This document shows, piece by piece, positions 7,935 through 18,389 of a DNA stretch of 32,029 bases. The stretch covers positions 1 through 32,029 of the forward strand of contig JALAGF010003870.1 of assembly GCA_030167865.1 (NCBI GenBank). The letters are read 5' to 3'. How positions within the stretch are numbered: the first letter of the stretch is position 1; the number at the start of each line of letters is the position of its first letter. The stretch comes from Craspedostauros australis. Its lineage: Eukaryota. The translations under genes were made by a program, and so were the position numbers. The notes below the pieces were generated by a model, which saw only the letters and a list, made by a program, of their open reading frames with translations, did no database searches and was not told the DNA's origin.

Positions 7935-10208
7935 TCAAAAGATGGCTTCACATTCCTTGTCTGCTGGCTTGCACTGTGAATCCAGCGTACTCGTATCGGT
8001 GCCACCCACGAGATCGATGGTGCGGAAGAATGATCGCGTGGTGGTTTCCGTTGTTGCGGTGAACCGGATTCGGAATCCCAAAAAGTCGGCGGCAAGGATG
8101 CAAATGCTGTTGCCCACGCGAGCGCATGGCGTGGTGCAATCGACAGGTTCGGAGTCGTTGCTGGGCGCTGGTTCCCCCAATGCGCGGTTGCGATCATCGC
8201 TGCTGGTTGCAGTGGAAGCTTCTTGCAAGGCGCGGTCGTTGGATGGATTATCTTCGAGGATCGGAGTGCAGCTGTTGAGCTGAAGCTCCACACGCACTGG
8301 TTCCTTCAATGGACAATCTGGATACGCGTTCATGATGCTGGCAAGGGTGAAGCATGCGTACATTCCAGGCTGCTCCGTGCGGACCGTGCACATGCGATCG
8401 CTGTCCGCAATCTGCTTCAATTCGCACTTGGATTCATCACTCGTGGGTGTCTGTGTCGGTGTTGCGGATGGCAGCTCAGTGGGCAACTGTGTTGGCGTGA
8501 CTGTCGGTGATGGTGTAACGACGACGGTACCGCCCCCGCTATCGATCGTGTCGCACGTCACATCAGCTCGATCCAAATGGTCCAAGATGGTGTCCACGGA
8601 CTGCTGACTCCAGCCATCGTGAGGAACGTTGAGCCGAGCCTGCATGATGTATCGCAGCCCATTCGAGTCGTTGGTGGAGATGTGGCGCGCGGCGAGGTTG
8701 TGGCCAATCTCATGCGCCAGGACGGTGGCTTGGGGAGCAACATTTCTGTACGTGCCAAGGTAGTCCACGCCGTAGGCGCCGGGCTTGTTGTTGCAGACCA
8801 CGCCGACGTACGCGCAGCCGACGATGCGGTTGGGACGAAGTCCGGTGAATGCGTGGACGGTGGCATCCGGATCAAGGCCGATCGAATCGCGGTTATCGTT
8901 CGTCCATTCCTGGATGCTCTTCAGGAAGGTATCGGATCTGCCATTCTGGCATGCCAAGTTCCGATGGAACGTGCTGAACAGGCTTGTAGAGGTGAAGCAG
9001 CTGTCCGGCGTGTAGATGTCCGTCAGCTGCAGCTTGACGCACATGTCGATCTCGTACAGCACAGACGCAGAGGCGACGATGAGCTCGATGCGGTCGATGG
9101 CTGCCTGGGTGGAACCCAGCTCCTGGCAGAACTCGGCATCGTACATGATGGCGATCTTGACGACCTTGAAGAAGGCGCAGTCCTCGGACGTTCCATCCCC
9201 GCGAACGTAACGGAAGCCATCGCCGGCTCTGTCTGGATCCGTGGCGTTGTCAGGGTCCACCGGAATCCACTCAAAGTCGCCACCATCCGTCAGGTTTTCT
9301 TTGCCGGCGGGAGGAATCCATTCGAGATCGGGGGTTGAACTGTTGGTTGGCGGCACGGTGGGAAGACCTGGGATGGAAAAGTTGTCCGTCTGAGCTGCCG
9401 AAAGCTGCTGATTGTCCGCAGGTTCCACGCTGCCCGCTTTCGACTTGCGGAGGGGCTGATCCAGATTCCTCTTTTGACGCCGACGCATGAAGAGGCCGTC
9501 ATTGAGTTCGTCCTCATGGTTGCCGTCGTTGTTGGTTTTGCTGTTGCGACCGTTGCGAATGGTCTTGCCACTCACGGCGTTGGCAATTGCCGAGCGTGCA
9601 GGCTCGCTGTTTTCCAAATTGCGGCGATCGCCTTGGCCGTCATCGTCATTGATTTCAATGTCCTCCAGATCCACCAACATGCCGTCCAGGTGGGTTGGAT
9701 CCAAATCATCTGCTGTGAAGACCAAGAGCTCATCTGCTTCGCATTCATCAGCCTGCATACCGAAGGTGTCCGTTCTGTTCCACCCATGACGGACTTCGAC
9801 GTAAACGATGTTGCCCTGTGCATCGTTCTGTGCCTGGACAAGAGCCATGTCCTGAAAGATGGCCCTGGAAATGTGAGTAGCGACGTTCTCGTGTGATTGC
9901 GCGCCATTGTTGTCCGTGTCCAGGTCAGGGATGTGGAGACGGAAGTTGGGAGACAACATGCCATGGTAAGGCTGCAAGAGCGAGAGATCGTAGTGAGTCC
10001 CATCCGGTTCAATAAAGTGGTTGTTCTGGTCGATGATGCTCTGGCAACCATGCGAGTTGATCAGGCTCAATACTTCCAGCGCTGTGATGTTGGCAGCATT
10101 CGCAGATGCTGCCGTGGATGATGCGAGCAGCGAGAGCACGATGGCAATCGAACTGGACAGTCCTGCCAAGGTATTCGTCTTCTTCATCGTATTCACATTC
10201 GCTGTCAT
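7935..10208 (-). CDS. Secreted metzincin metalloprotease (M12B/reprolysin-like) with prodomain, Pro/Thr linker and Cys-rich C-terminus
   Basis: Signal peptide (..SSIAIVLSLLASSTAASA), KIAIMYDAEFC, IVGCAYVGVVC, zinc motif HEIGHNLAARH (8714..8682), Met-turn YIMQA, TPSPTVTPT stalk. Start ATG at 10208 or 10187. Confidence 0.85.
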   Translation of the reverse strand: MTANVNTMKKTNTLAGLSSSIAIVLSLLASSTAASANAANITALEVLSLINSHGCQSIIDQNNHFIEPDGTHYDLSLLQPYHGMLSPNFRLHIPDLDTDNNGAQSHENVATHISRAIFQDMALVQAQNDAQGNIVYVEVRHGWNRTDTFGMQADECEADELLVFTADDLDPTHLDGMLVDLEDIEINDDDGQGDRRNLENSEPARSAIANAVSGKTIRNGRNSKTNNDGNHEDELNDGLFMRRRQKRNLDQPLRKSKAGSVEPADNQQLSAAQTDNFSIPGLPTVPPTNSSTPDLEWIPPAGKENLTDGGDFEWIPVDPDNATDPDRAGDGFRYVRGDGTSEDCAFFKVVKIAIMYDAEFCQELGSTQAAIDRIELIVASASVLYEIDMCVKLQLTDIYTPDSCFTSTSLFSTFHRNLACQNGRSDTFLKSIQEWTNDNRDSIGLDPDATVHAFTGLRPNRIVGCAYVGVVCNNKPGAYGVDYLGTYRNVAPQATVLAHEIGHNLAARHISTNDSNGLRYIMQARLNVPHDGWSQQSVDTILDHLDRADVTCDTIDSGGGTVVVTPSPTVTPTQLPTELPSATPTQTPTSDESKCELKQIADSDRMCTVRTEQPGMYACFTLASIMNAYPDCPLKEPVRVELQLNSCTPILEDNPSNDRALQEASTATSSDDRNRALGEPAPSNDSEPVDCTTPCARVGNSICILAADFLGFRIRFTATTETTTRSFFRTIDLVGGTDTSTLDSQCKPADKECEAIF

Positions 10209-11697
10209 GGCTGTTGAGCGTCCGTCGCAGTTGGGAAAGCGCAACATCTTGGCCCACACTGTTGGTTGGTGCTCGTTGCGTCAATGCCACGCTGCGCAGA
10301 CCGCTACTGTTGCGTTACCGACGTGTTGTCGACGTGTTGTGTTGTACCGGTCGCCTCTCTCTGTCTCGCTCTTGCTTCATTTTGTGAGGAAGAACAAAAT
10401 TGGAGAGGAGAGTTGCTGCAGAGGAAAGCACCTCTGATAGATGCATCATTTCATTGCTTTTGTGAGCGATGCAATCGTTCCAAATGAAATGCACTGGTAA
10501 CGGCCAGCTGCAACAAAGTATGGTGGTGAAGGAAGGGTTGACTGGCTTCCACATGCAAAGTGGATCTGCTTGAGAGTGCCGTCACATGATGATGAGCTGG
10601 ATTATCGTTGGCCGTATTTGAGCGACCATCAGCAATAGTCCTGTTGCAGATGTTCTCGTGGGCGCTGTGCGGTGCGTCCTTGTGTATGGCATATTGTGTG
10701 CGATGAATGGCAGGGCATTGCATGTTTGTTGTGTGTTTGCATGTTTGCTCTTTGTATGTTGGTGAGAGTGAGAAGCAATCCTGTGTGGAGTATAGTAATG
10801 CACTATGAAGTTGTCTGAACCACCCACTCAGGTCGAGGAAGAGTGTTATCCGTGGTCGTTTCATTTCGTAATCCTGCAATGGTCCTGGAATGGTCCTGGA
10901 ACGGGCATTGTAGACACCACAGCATAGATCGTACTCGTGCTACCAGCAGATATTGATTTGGAGACATGTCATTTTGCATGTGATATGATGTGCTTGTTTG
11001 GTGTCTGGTCAAACCATCGATCGGAGTGCCACTCATGACACTGCGTTCCTTCCGCATGGACAAGTGGTAAACATAGTCTTCATTCCATCGCCACTGTGAT
11101 CATCGTCAACATGTTCATCTCCATCTTCGCCGTGATTCCGGTGATGATCCATCAGAACAAATGGCCGTGGCCACTCCTTCCCACCACCAAACAAAAATGA
11201 ACCAAGTTTCCACATTTTTGGCGGCAATTCGAATGTCAAATTTGATTGCGTGTCGTATATAACCGCCAACTAACGTCAGAACCTGTTTGAGAAATCGAAT
11301 CCCGTTTGATCAAGGACGTGTTTTGACGCGTGACTCGTGAATGAAAAAGCCGTGGCTTTGTTTCTCTGCGTCTGCGCGCCAGCCTCGCGACACCAACACC
11401 ACAAAGACGACAACGACAGAAGGGGAGATTTTTGTTGGGTGTTGCTTCTGCCATCAGACAGAGCACAAGGAGAGTTGGAGCCAAGGGGACAAAGGCACAG
11501 AGGCATCTTGTGGGTATAGTCGCAGTCCCAATCGCAGTCGGAACCTCACAGTGAAGGCAGCAATCGCATTGGCCTTGTGGGTGACAGACATTCATCCGCA
11601 AGAGCAGCAGCGCATCAGTCTCTGTATCCAAACGGGGGAAAGCAAGAAAGGCCGCTCATCTTGCTCATCGTCATAGCACTCCTGCAGAGCATTACAG

Positions 11698-11731
11698 AGC
11701 ATTGCATAGTATACTATAGCATTGCATAGTA
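11698..11731. repeat. Short direct repeat AGCATTGCATAGTA x2 upstream of CDC16
   Basis: Exact 14-mers at 11698-11711 and 11718-11731 in an AT-rich tract about 70-100 bp before the ATG. Confidence 0.55.
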
Positions 11732-11799
11732 GTATAGTGTAATACAATACCAACACCAAACAAAGGGAAACAACCAAGGACGAACAGAGAACGGGGACG

Positions 11800-14724
11800 A
11801 TGGCGACAGGAAGATCGCCGTACCTGACGCGCAGCCGTCGGAGGCAGCAACCACCGCCACCTTCCGCGGCAACCGGCGTCGCATCGCTGCCAACATCGGC
11901 CAACGGGATCCCTGGCATCGACACCTCCAGCATGGACGAGTCGCACGGCTCTTCGTCGCTGTCGCTGTCGTCGTCCTTCGCGAGCCCCACCTTCCGCATG
12001 GGGCAGTCGCTGGTGCAGGCGCGCATCTCTCCTGCGGCTGCCATGGGCACCGTCAGCAGCCACCGTCCCAGACGCTTCTTCGCCACCTCGCCGCGTTCCT
12101 CCACCGCCAAATCGGCGCTGTCCGTCAAGCCCACTACCAATCGCCTCAGCCTCAACGGATCCATCCGACGGACCTTGCCCACCACCACGCCTGGTGCTTC
12201 GTCGGACGGCACCAAGTCATCCCATTCGCATCAGCAGCAGCAACAACATCCGCCCAAATCCATCCTGAGGCCGTTCCCGGAGGGTGCGGACTCGATCATT
12301 GCTGATGAAAATGGCGCCGACCACAACAGTCACAGTCACAACCTCAATGACAACCTCAATGACAATGACAACAACAACGTACATGCTCACATTGATGACG
12401 ATGAGATTGGCAATGAAGAGGTGGTCATCGTGGATGGCATGAATTTGACGCAGCTGCGGCGGTTGGCACGGACATCATTGCAGGGTGGACACTCCACCAC
12501 TGCAGCTCCCTCGATAGCCGTCTTCTACGCCTCGCTTATCTACGCCAAGACCATGGACGCATCCGATGCGTTTCTGTACGCTCAGGCACTGTTTCAGGAC
12601 GGACAGGCCAAGCGTTGCGTGCGTCTGTTGGAGCAATCGGGATTGTTGTTCCCCAACATGCATGAATCCATGGACTTGGCGAGCGGTGTCGCCCTCGACC
12701 AAGGCGGCACCTGCCTCCAGGTTCATCTACTTTCGCTCGAGTCGGTCTTGCTGGCGGCGCAGGCGCTCAAGCTCACGGAAGAATGGACCGTCCTGCTCAC
12801 GTTGCTGGAGGATGCTACTCAGCCATACAGCGGTGCCTACGATACCAGCCATGCAAACGCAAAGGGGAATGCTAATGGATACGCGAACGGGCGTGGCAAC
12901 AGCGTCTCCTTCGCGGCGATGCATAACGCCAACGCCAACGCTAACACCACCATGATCAACAACCGGCTGGAGGACGATGACGACTTGGCATGGAATACAT
13001 GGGCGGCGCTCATACGTGATGCCATGCCCAAAGGCACCATCCACCCGTTGGCGCGTCTCTGCAGCGAACGCGGATTGGCGTATTCCGAGACGGGACATCC
13101 TCTCAGGGCGGCGTCGTACTGGAAGCGCTCCCTCCACATCGATCCCAAGTGCGTGCAGGCGCTCGACCATCTCCTGGACCGCAGCATCATCACCGCGAAT
13201 CAGACCTACCAGATCATCACGGACCTGCACTTCGCGCCGCAGGAACAGTGGTTGAGACGCATGTACCTGGCCAGGATCGATCTGTCGCCGCAGGAACATC
13301 TCGGCAAGCAACTATCCACCACCCTCCCTGACGCCTCTTCCATCCACCTCACGACTCCATCCTTCCAGCAGAGCACGCAGAGGCTCTCCTTCGGCACCGT
13401 CAGCTCCAAATCATTCTTCGGGGATGTTCCTGTCGAGCCGGCAACAGCGCAAGTTGGTGACGACGACAACGACCAGCAGAAGCAACAATCTAACGACGTG
13501 GAATCAGATGCCGTTGCAGCAGTGCCACCAATCCAACGCGACGTGGAAGATGCATTCGAAAAGCTGTGGGATGAGCACAAGTTGCAGAAATCATCTCACG
13601 TACTGGCCATGGCCGCCAGGCGGTCGTACAAGTGCTACGACCTGCAGGACGCCCTGCGTTACTGTCAGGAGCTCTCCGCCGTCGATCCACTGTGCCAAAC
13701 AGCTGGATTCGTCTACGTTTGCGTCTGCATCGCGCTGAAGCGCAAGCGTCTGCTCTTCAAGCTAGCTCACGAATGGGTGGACGCATCGCCCAAGTCAGCC
13801 AGGGCATGGTTCGCTGTGGGTGCCTACTACTACGTCTGCGAACGGTACCATGCGGCGCAGCGGCATTTCTGCCGTGCCACGCGCCTCGACCCGCAATGCA
13901 CAGCGGCGTGGATCGCATTCGGTTGCGCCTTTGCGGCCGTCGATGAGAGCGACCAAGCGCTCGCCAGTTTTCGTGCCGCGCAACGTCTCTCGCCTGGCGA
14001 GCACACCTCCATGCTGTACATCGGAATGGAGTACCTGCGCACCAACCACCTCGTCCTGGCGGATCACTTCCTGTCTGCAGCGCGCACCTACAGCGGCGGC
14101 GATCCTTCCTGCCTCAACGAACTCGGTGTTCTGGCCTACCATCAGCGCGACTACGCCACCGCCATTCGTTGGTTCTGCAAGGCCCTTGCCGCCGTCAATG
14201 CGGCCACCGACTCTGGCAGTCGCGACGAGCCATGCGATATCATCACAGATGCAATTCTTTTGCAGGAGCTCGTCGAGAACAGCAACGACGTGTACTGGGA
14301 ACCAACGCTCTTCAACTTGGCTCAATCCTACAGGAAGCTGGGATACATCGATCTGTCGCTCGTCTGTCTCGATCAATGCCTCGCATTGAATGCGGAATCT
14401 GCTTCCACGTACAGCGCGATTGGATTCAGCAAGCATCTCCAATACGATCTCGACGGTGCCATCGATTACTACCATCAAGCCTTGAGCCGCAAACCCGATG
14501 ACCCATTCTGCACCGAAATGCTGCACCGCGCTTTGCAGGATGCCTTGCACGCCAACCCGGTCGTCGAACAGCAGCAGCAGCAGCAAACCTTTGTCAAAAC
14601 GAACGGATTGCAGCACAAGATCGCGTCGTTGGAGCTGAACAGCGCAGCGACGCCGAAGCAAGAACAGAGCATGATGAGCGAAGGGAATTCGTTGGATACG
14701 GATATGGACATGAGTATGACGTAG
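11800..14724 (+). CDS. CDC16: Anaphase-promoting complex subunit 6 (Cdc16/Cut9), TPR protein
   Basis: Characteristic APC6 TPR segments: LFKLAHEWVDASPKSARAWFAVGAYYY, AWIAFGCAFAAVDESDQALASFRAAQRL, LYIGMEY, LNELGV, WEPTLFNLAQSYRKL, YHQALSRKPDDPFCTEML. Confidence 0.93.
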   Translation: MATGRSPYLTRSRRRQQPPPPSAATGVASLPTSANGIPGIDTSSMDESHGSSSLSLSSSFASPTFRMGQSLVQARISPAAAMGTVSSHRPRRFFATSPRSSTAKSALSVKPTTNRLSLNGSIRRTLPTTTPGASSDGTKSSHSHQQQQQHPPKSILRPFPEGADSIIADENGADHNSHSHNLNDNLNDNDNNNVHAHIDDDEIGNEEVVIVDGMNLTQLRRLARTSLQGGHSTTAAPSIAVFYASLIYAKTMDASDAFLYAQALFQDGQAKRCVRLLEQSGLLFPNMHESMDLASGVALDQGGTCLQVHLLSLESVLLAAQALKLTEEWTVLLTLLEDATQPYSGAYDTSHANAKGNANGYANGRGNSVSFAAMHNANANANTTMINNRLEDDDDLAWNTWAALIRDAMPKGTIHPLARLCSERGLAYSETGHPLRAASYWKRSLHIDPKCVQALDHLLDRSIITANQTYQIITDLHFAPQEQWLRRMYLARIDLSPQEHLGKQLSTTLPDASSIHLTTPSFQQSTQRLSFGTVSSKSFFGDVPVEPATAQVGDDDNDQQKQQSNDVESDAVAAVPPIQRDVEDAFEKLWDEHKLQKSSHVLAMAARRSYKCYDLQDALRYCQELSAVDPLCQTAGFVYVCVCIALKRKRLLFKLAHEWVDASPKSARAWFAVGAYYYVCERYHAAQRHFCRATRLDPQCTAAWIAFGCAFAAVDESDQALASFRAAQRLSPGEHTSMLYIGMEYLRTNHLVLADHFLSAARTYSGGDPSCLNELGVLAYHQRDYATAIRWFCKALAAVNAATDSGSRDEPCDIITDAILLQELVENSNDVYWEPTLFNLAQSYRKLGYIDLSLVCLDQCLALNAESASTYSAIGFSKHLQYDLDGAIDYYHQALSRKPDDPFCTEMLHRALQDALHANPVVEQQQQQQTFVKTNGLQHKIASLELNSAATPKQEQSMMSEGNSLDTDMDMSMT

Positions 14725-14867
14725 ATGAGCGTAACTCGCGAGGGAACCCTACTATAAAAACAACGGAAAAGAAAGGCAAGGCATGGTTCGTGCGATTCGA
14801 CGCCTTCTTCCTATATGATGGATGCGCTCAATTCGCTAGTTGGATCGATGGATGGATGAGCCGCAGA

Positions 14868-16460
14868 TCAGTCTGCTACGGACGTGATGACTCCGAAGCC
14901 ACGCGCATGTCCATCACGCAAGATGATGCGCATGCCTTGGCGAACTGGATTGGCATGATGGGAGAACTCGAATGTGACCGTCGCCCTGCCACCCTGATGG
15001 ATCTCATCGGTCGCATCGCCATCATCGTGCTTGACGATGTCGATTACGCGCGCTGCAAGCTTCATGTGCAGGATGTGGACTGTCGCCTCGTAGCAACCCT
15101 TCACGATGGTAACTGTGCGCCCACGCAGCAGGTACACCTCCGCAGTGAACCGTCGATGCGTCAGCACCGGTCCGTCCTTGACGGCGATCATGCCACGACG
15201 CACCGGCACATTCTTCTTGGCGCGCTTCTTATCCGGAAACGACAACGCAAGGCAGGCCGAATGTCCAGCCCAGGCTTCTTTCACATCATTGCGTGCCACG
15301 TGAATCGATCGCACCGTGGCGCGGGTGCTGCCAACCGAGATAGTATCGCCTACGTGAACGCGACCGCGATTCACGAATCCGGAAATGATGTTGCCGTGAA
15401 ATGTGTCTTCCACCAAATATTCGAACGGCTTGTGGATCTTTTTTCCATGCTTGCGACGTTGGGGCAAGGCTCGCAAGAACTTGTGGAGCAGCTCCAGACC
15501 TTCCCCGCTGACTGTGGAGACCGTGAGGATTGGGACGACGGACGATAAAGCAGGAATAGCAACATCGATGTCGGATTCCTTCTTGATACGGTAAGGTCGA
15601 AATCCAATGTCGGGCGATCGCAGCATGCATTGCATGGCTTGGAGGGTAGCTTTGAACACATGCGGGGGGCAGTGGTCGATCTAAAGATATAAAGATGGTG
15701 GAAGCGACAACGGAAATAACGAACGACAAGGGGAGAGCGGGTGATGAAAATGAGACATGGAAAGAGAGACAACGACAAGAGGGAGAGAGAGAGAGAGAGA
15801 GAGAAGGTGCCAACGGTTCGAAACGAGTCAAGCACGTGTGAGACAAAGTATAATCGTCGTGGAAAGACGCTCCAGTACATGCAACTGAATGATGGTCACC
15901 TCAGTGTGCATGGTACAATGCTGCAGCAGAGCAATTGCCGAATAGATTTGGTGTACTCGTACCTTGGTCAATACCACGATGACTGGGATCCCATTGTAGA
16001 TGCACAGATTCAAGTGGTGGAAGGTCATGTGCGTTGGTGGTTGCATGGAGTTGACTAGGACTATGGCATAATCCGCCATTCCACCAGAGATACCGGAGAT
16101 GGTGGTCTTCAGATACTTCTCGTGCCCTGCCATATCCATGAAGGTCACGCAGCATCCTGGTCCTCCGATGACATCGGGTGCTTGCGGTGCCTTGGGACCC
16201 TTCTTCGTCCTTCTTTTCGGCTTGGTTTTGATGTTCACAACAGCACCATCTCCATCGTACTCCACTGTGTGGCTAGTGATACAGGAGGTACGCCCGCTTT
16301 GAAGCTCGTGTGGATGCTTGATGACGAAGGATCGTCCGGATCCCCGTCCATCATCCAATGTTCCCGACGCGATGGTTCCGATCAGGGTTGATTTGCCCGC
16401 ATCGACGTTACCGACTACCGCCACACGGACGTGGCGATTGGACAGCTTCTCCAATGCCAT
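14868..16460 (-). CDS. GTPBP1/GTPBP2-like translational GTPase, 2 coding exons (16460..15963, 15680..14868; 436 aa)
   Basis: G1 VAVVGNVDAGKSTL, LDDGRG..R...KHPHELQSGRTS, G3 DMAGHEKYLKTT, G4 TK|ID formed across the splice junction, G5 VSTVSGEG, followed by EF-Tu-like beta-barrel domains II and III. Confidence 0.88.
15681..15962 (-). other. Spliceosomal intron (282 nt) splitting the TKID motif
   Basis: Minus strand AAG|GTACGA at 15962 and TTTAG|ATCGAC at 15681; phase 0; pyrimidine-rich interior. Confidence 0.88.
15783..15804. repeat. (GA)11 microsatellite within the intron
   Basis: Read directly from the sequence. Confidence 0.9.
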
Positions 16461-16640
16461 CTGAGTAGGAGCATTTGTAGATAAGTAAATAGTCGTGAGA
16501 AAGGAAATCGATGAAAAGGAGCATACAACCAAGCAAGTAAAGTGCAGCTTCGTGAATATGGTGTGTGTAACACATAGTCGTACAGGATTCCGAGAAAAAG
16601 AAGAGCACGCACGACTGACGAAACAAGCAAGATCACGTAC
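16461..16640 (-). other. Probable 5'-UTR intron ending directly before the GTPase ATG
   Basis: Minus strand GCG|GTACGT at 16640 and pyrimidine-rich ..TCCTACTCAG|ATG at 16461. The in-frame upstream sequence has a TAG 11 codons before the junction and no ATG in between. Confidence 0.55.
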
Positions 16641-17280
16641 CGCTGTCTGATCTTTCTGGCAGAGACGATGCTATCCTGCCCCCGTCGCTGCTGTTGCTGC
16701 CTGTGTCTAAATTGTTGCTGTTGCTGCTATTGCTATTGCTATTGTTATCGCTATCGTCAAGGTGATGGTCATGGATGGTCTCTGAGGGGTTGGAGTTGGG
16801 ACTTTCATTGCGGTTTGGCTGCGTGATTTGGCACTATTGGGGGTGTTTTCAACGTACTCTTTGAACTCTTCATTCTCTGACGTTTATGAGAAGAAGAGTA
16901 GTGATTGAAGAGGTTTGAGGAGGTAATGTTAGCCAAAGGCGTGCATGGCGCGTGTGCCTGCGATGAAGTCGTTGTGGCCAACATCACAGTGCGAGCACAA
17001 CAACGAGATAGATGAAGGACGACGACATCCGTGTTGGTCGCATTTTGTTCCAAATCGCGATCGCCAATCGTGATCGCAAACACGCGCCATTTGAGACGTG
17101 TTTTCACTTGCATCGGGTCGTGGATAAAACGGCACGTTTGGAAGCCACCTGATGACGATTGCGACCAAGACGACCGTGTGCAGCTTATGTGGGCACTTCG
17201 AATGGTTGAGTTTGGACAACATGCAGATGGCAGATGACCGATGACAGATGGAGGACGCAAAGTCGAGCAGGTGCTGTACT

Positions 17281-18060
17281 TGACCTAAGTGCAAGTAGAT
17301 GACATGCATGAAGTGCTGCACCTTGATGTTTGTGTTTGATGGTGCTGGTGGTGTCAGTGTGTCTGTCTTGGCATTCATCTTGGCGTCTGGTGGAACTGAC
17401 TGGGATGTATTGGTGCTGGAGTCCAGCAATCTGGACCATTCATTCAGTGTTGCTGCATTGACGATTATTGGTGTTGTTGGCAGATGAGAGTCTGCAGGTT
17501 GGTAGGCGTTCGAGTATGGATCAGTGATTGACAGCAATTGGCAGCAATTGATAGTGACTGACAGCCTGCAGCAATATTGACCTTGGCCATGATCATTCTG
17601 GTGGTGGTTGCTGGCAAGGGTGGCCATGGTTGTTGCTTGTGTCACAGCAGTGACAATCACTGGGAAGGCAAGGGCATGCCTCCCAAGATCCATGCTCTTC
17701 AGTTTTGGATAGCACCTGCTTCGATCCTGTTTCCTTCTCCTGTTCGATGCATCATCCATGCTTGTGCTCATGTCCGCACAAGTCCTTGTTCGACCTATTC
17801 ATGACCATTGTATGTATCTGTGCATGCATCATGTAGAGTGAAGTAAGATCAGGACAATGTGTGCACTCTCATACCATCAATGCATGGAGTAATGGAGTAG
17901 CGGTAGGTGAGTATGAGCATCTGAATGAGCATCTGCATGAGCATCTGCATGATTTGAAGGTCCTTGCCATTCGTCTCTCAATCCACACCTTTGCCCACAA
18001 CCTCAACAACCAACATGAGAGATGAAGATGAAGAGGTTTGTGCTTGGGATGTTCTTCGTT
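17281..18060. other. CpG-depleted, TpG/CpA-rich tract (probable methylation-eroded repeat or pseudogene remnant)
   Basis: Manual count of 11 CpG in 780 nt, versus several per 60 nt in genes and in the adjacent 16980-17270. Confidence 0.55.
17913..17952. repeat. 12-bp tandem repeat ATGAGCATCTG(A/C) x3.3
   Basis: Read directly from the sequence. Confidence 0.85.
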
Positions 18061-18311
18061 CATGTAGCATGTCCTTTTAGAAACACGTCACTCGAATTCA
18101 TGGAAGGTTTGATTGCCGAGCGTGTTGGCCAATGCACTTGTCAAGTGTGTGGGTATTATTGAAAACATTCCAGCACGTGTACGAAAATTCACACATGCTC
18201 TACAGAATGTACGGAGGCACGCATGACCTTTTAGGCCAATGGCAACACTCAACGACCATTTCGGACCACTTGTGTGTCGCGATCAATGATCTCTCGCAGT
18301 CGTTGTGCTTC

Positions 18312-18389
18312 GACAGTGTTACGACATAAGGTGCTGCGGAATCGAACCGCTCTGCCTACCAGGCCACCTTAGTCGAAACTGCTACTGTC
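18312..18389 (-). ncRNA. Candidate tRNA-like structured element lacking an anticodon arm
   Basis: Minus strand has an A-box-like TGGCCTGGTAGG and a perfect B-box GGTTCGATTCC. Pairings: T-like hairpin GCGG-TTCGATT-CCGC, GCCT/AGGC hairpin, 7-bp TAAGGTG/CACCTTA stem, extended by CGAC/GTCG, GTT/AAC and GACAGT/ACTGTC. Confidence 0.35.

Noticed and set aside
11326-11331. MCB-like ACGCGT cell-cycle box upstream of CDC16
   Set aside because: A single 6-mer in a CpG-rich genome is expected by chance
16641-16810. Upstream coding exon for the GTPase (N/S-rich frame)
   Set aside because: That frame has no ATG after its upstream stop and would splice out of frame; the in-frame reading has a TAG
16929-17771. 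280-aa minus-strand ORF as a functional gene
   Set aside because: No recognisable motif, atypical codon usage, and it straddles the CpG-eroded boundary; it could be a remnant but cannot be supported
18067-18234. Imperfect 14-bp direct repeat GCATG(T/A)CCTTTTAG as a target-site duplication
   Set aside because: One mismatch, and no terminal inverted repeats or poly-A tail between the copies
18312-18389. Bona fide tRNA or tRNA-Sec gene, or hammerhead ribozyme
   Set aside because: No anticodon arm or UCA anticodon, and A-B box spacing is too short. GAAAC is present but there is no CUGANGA core
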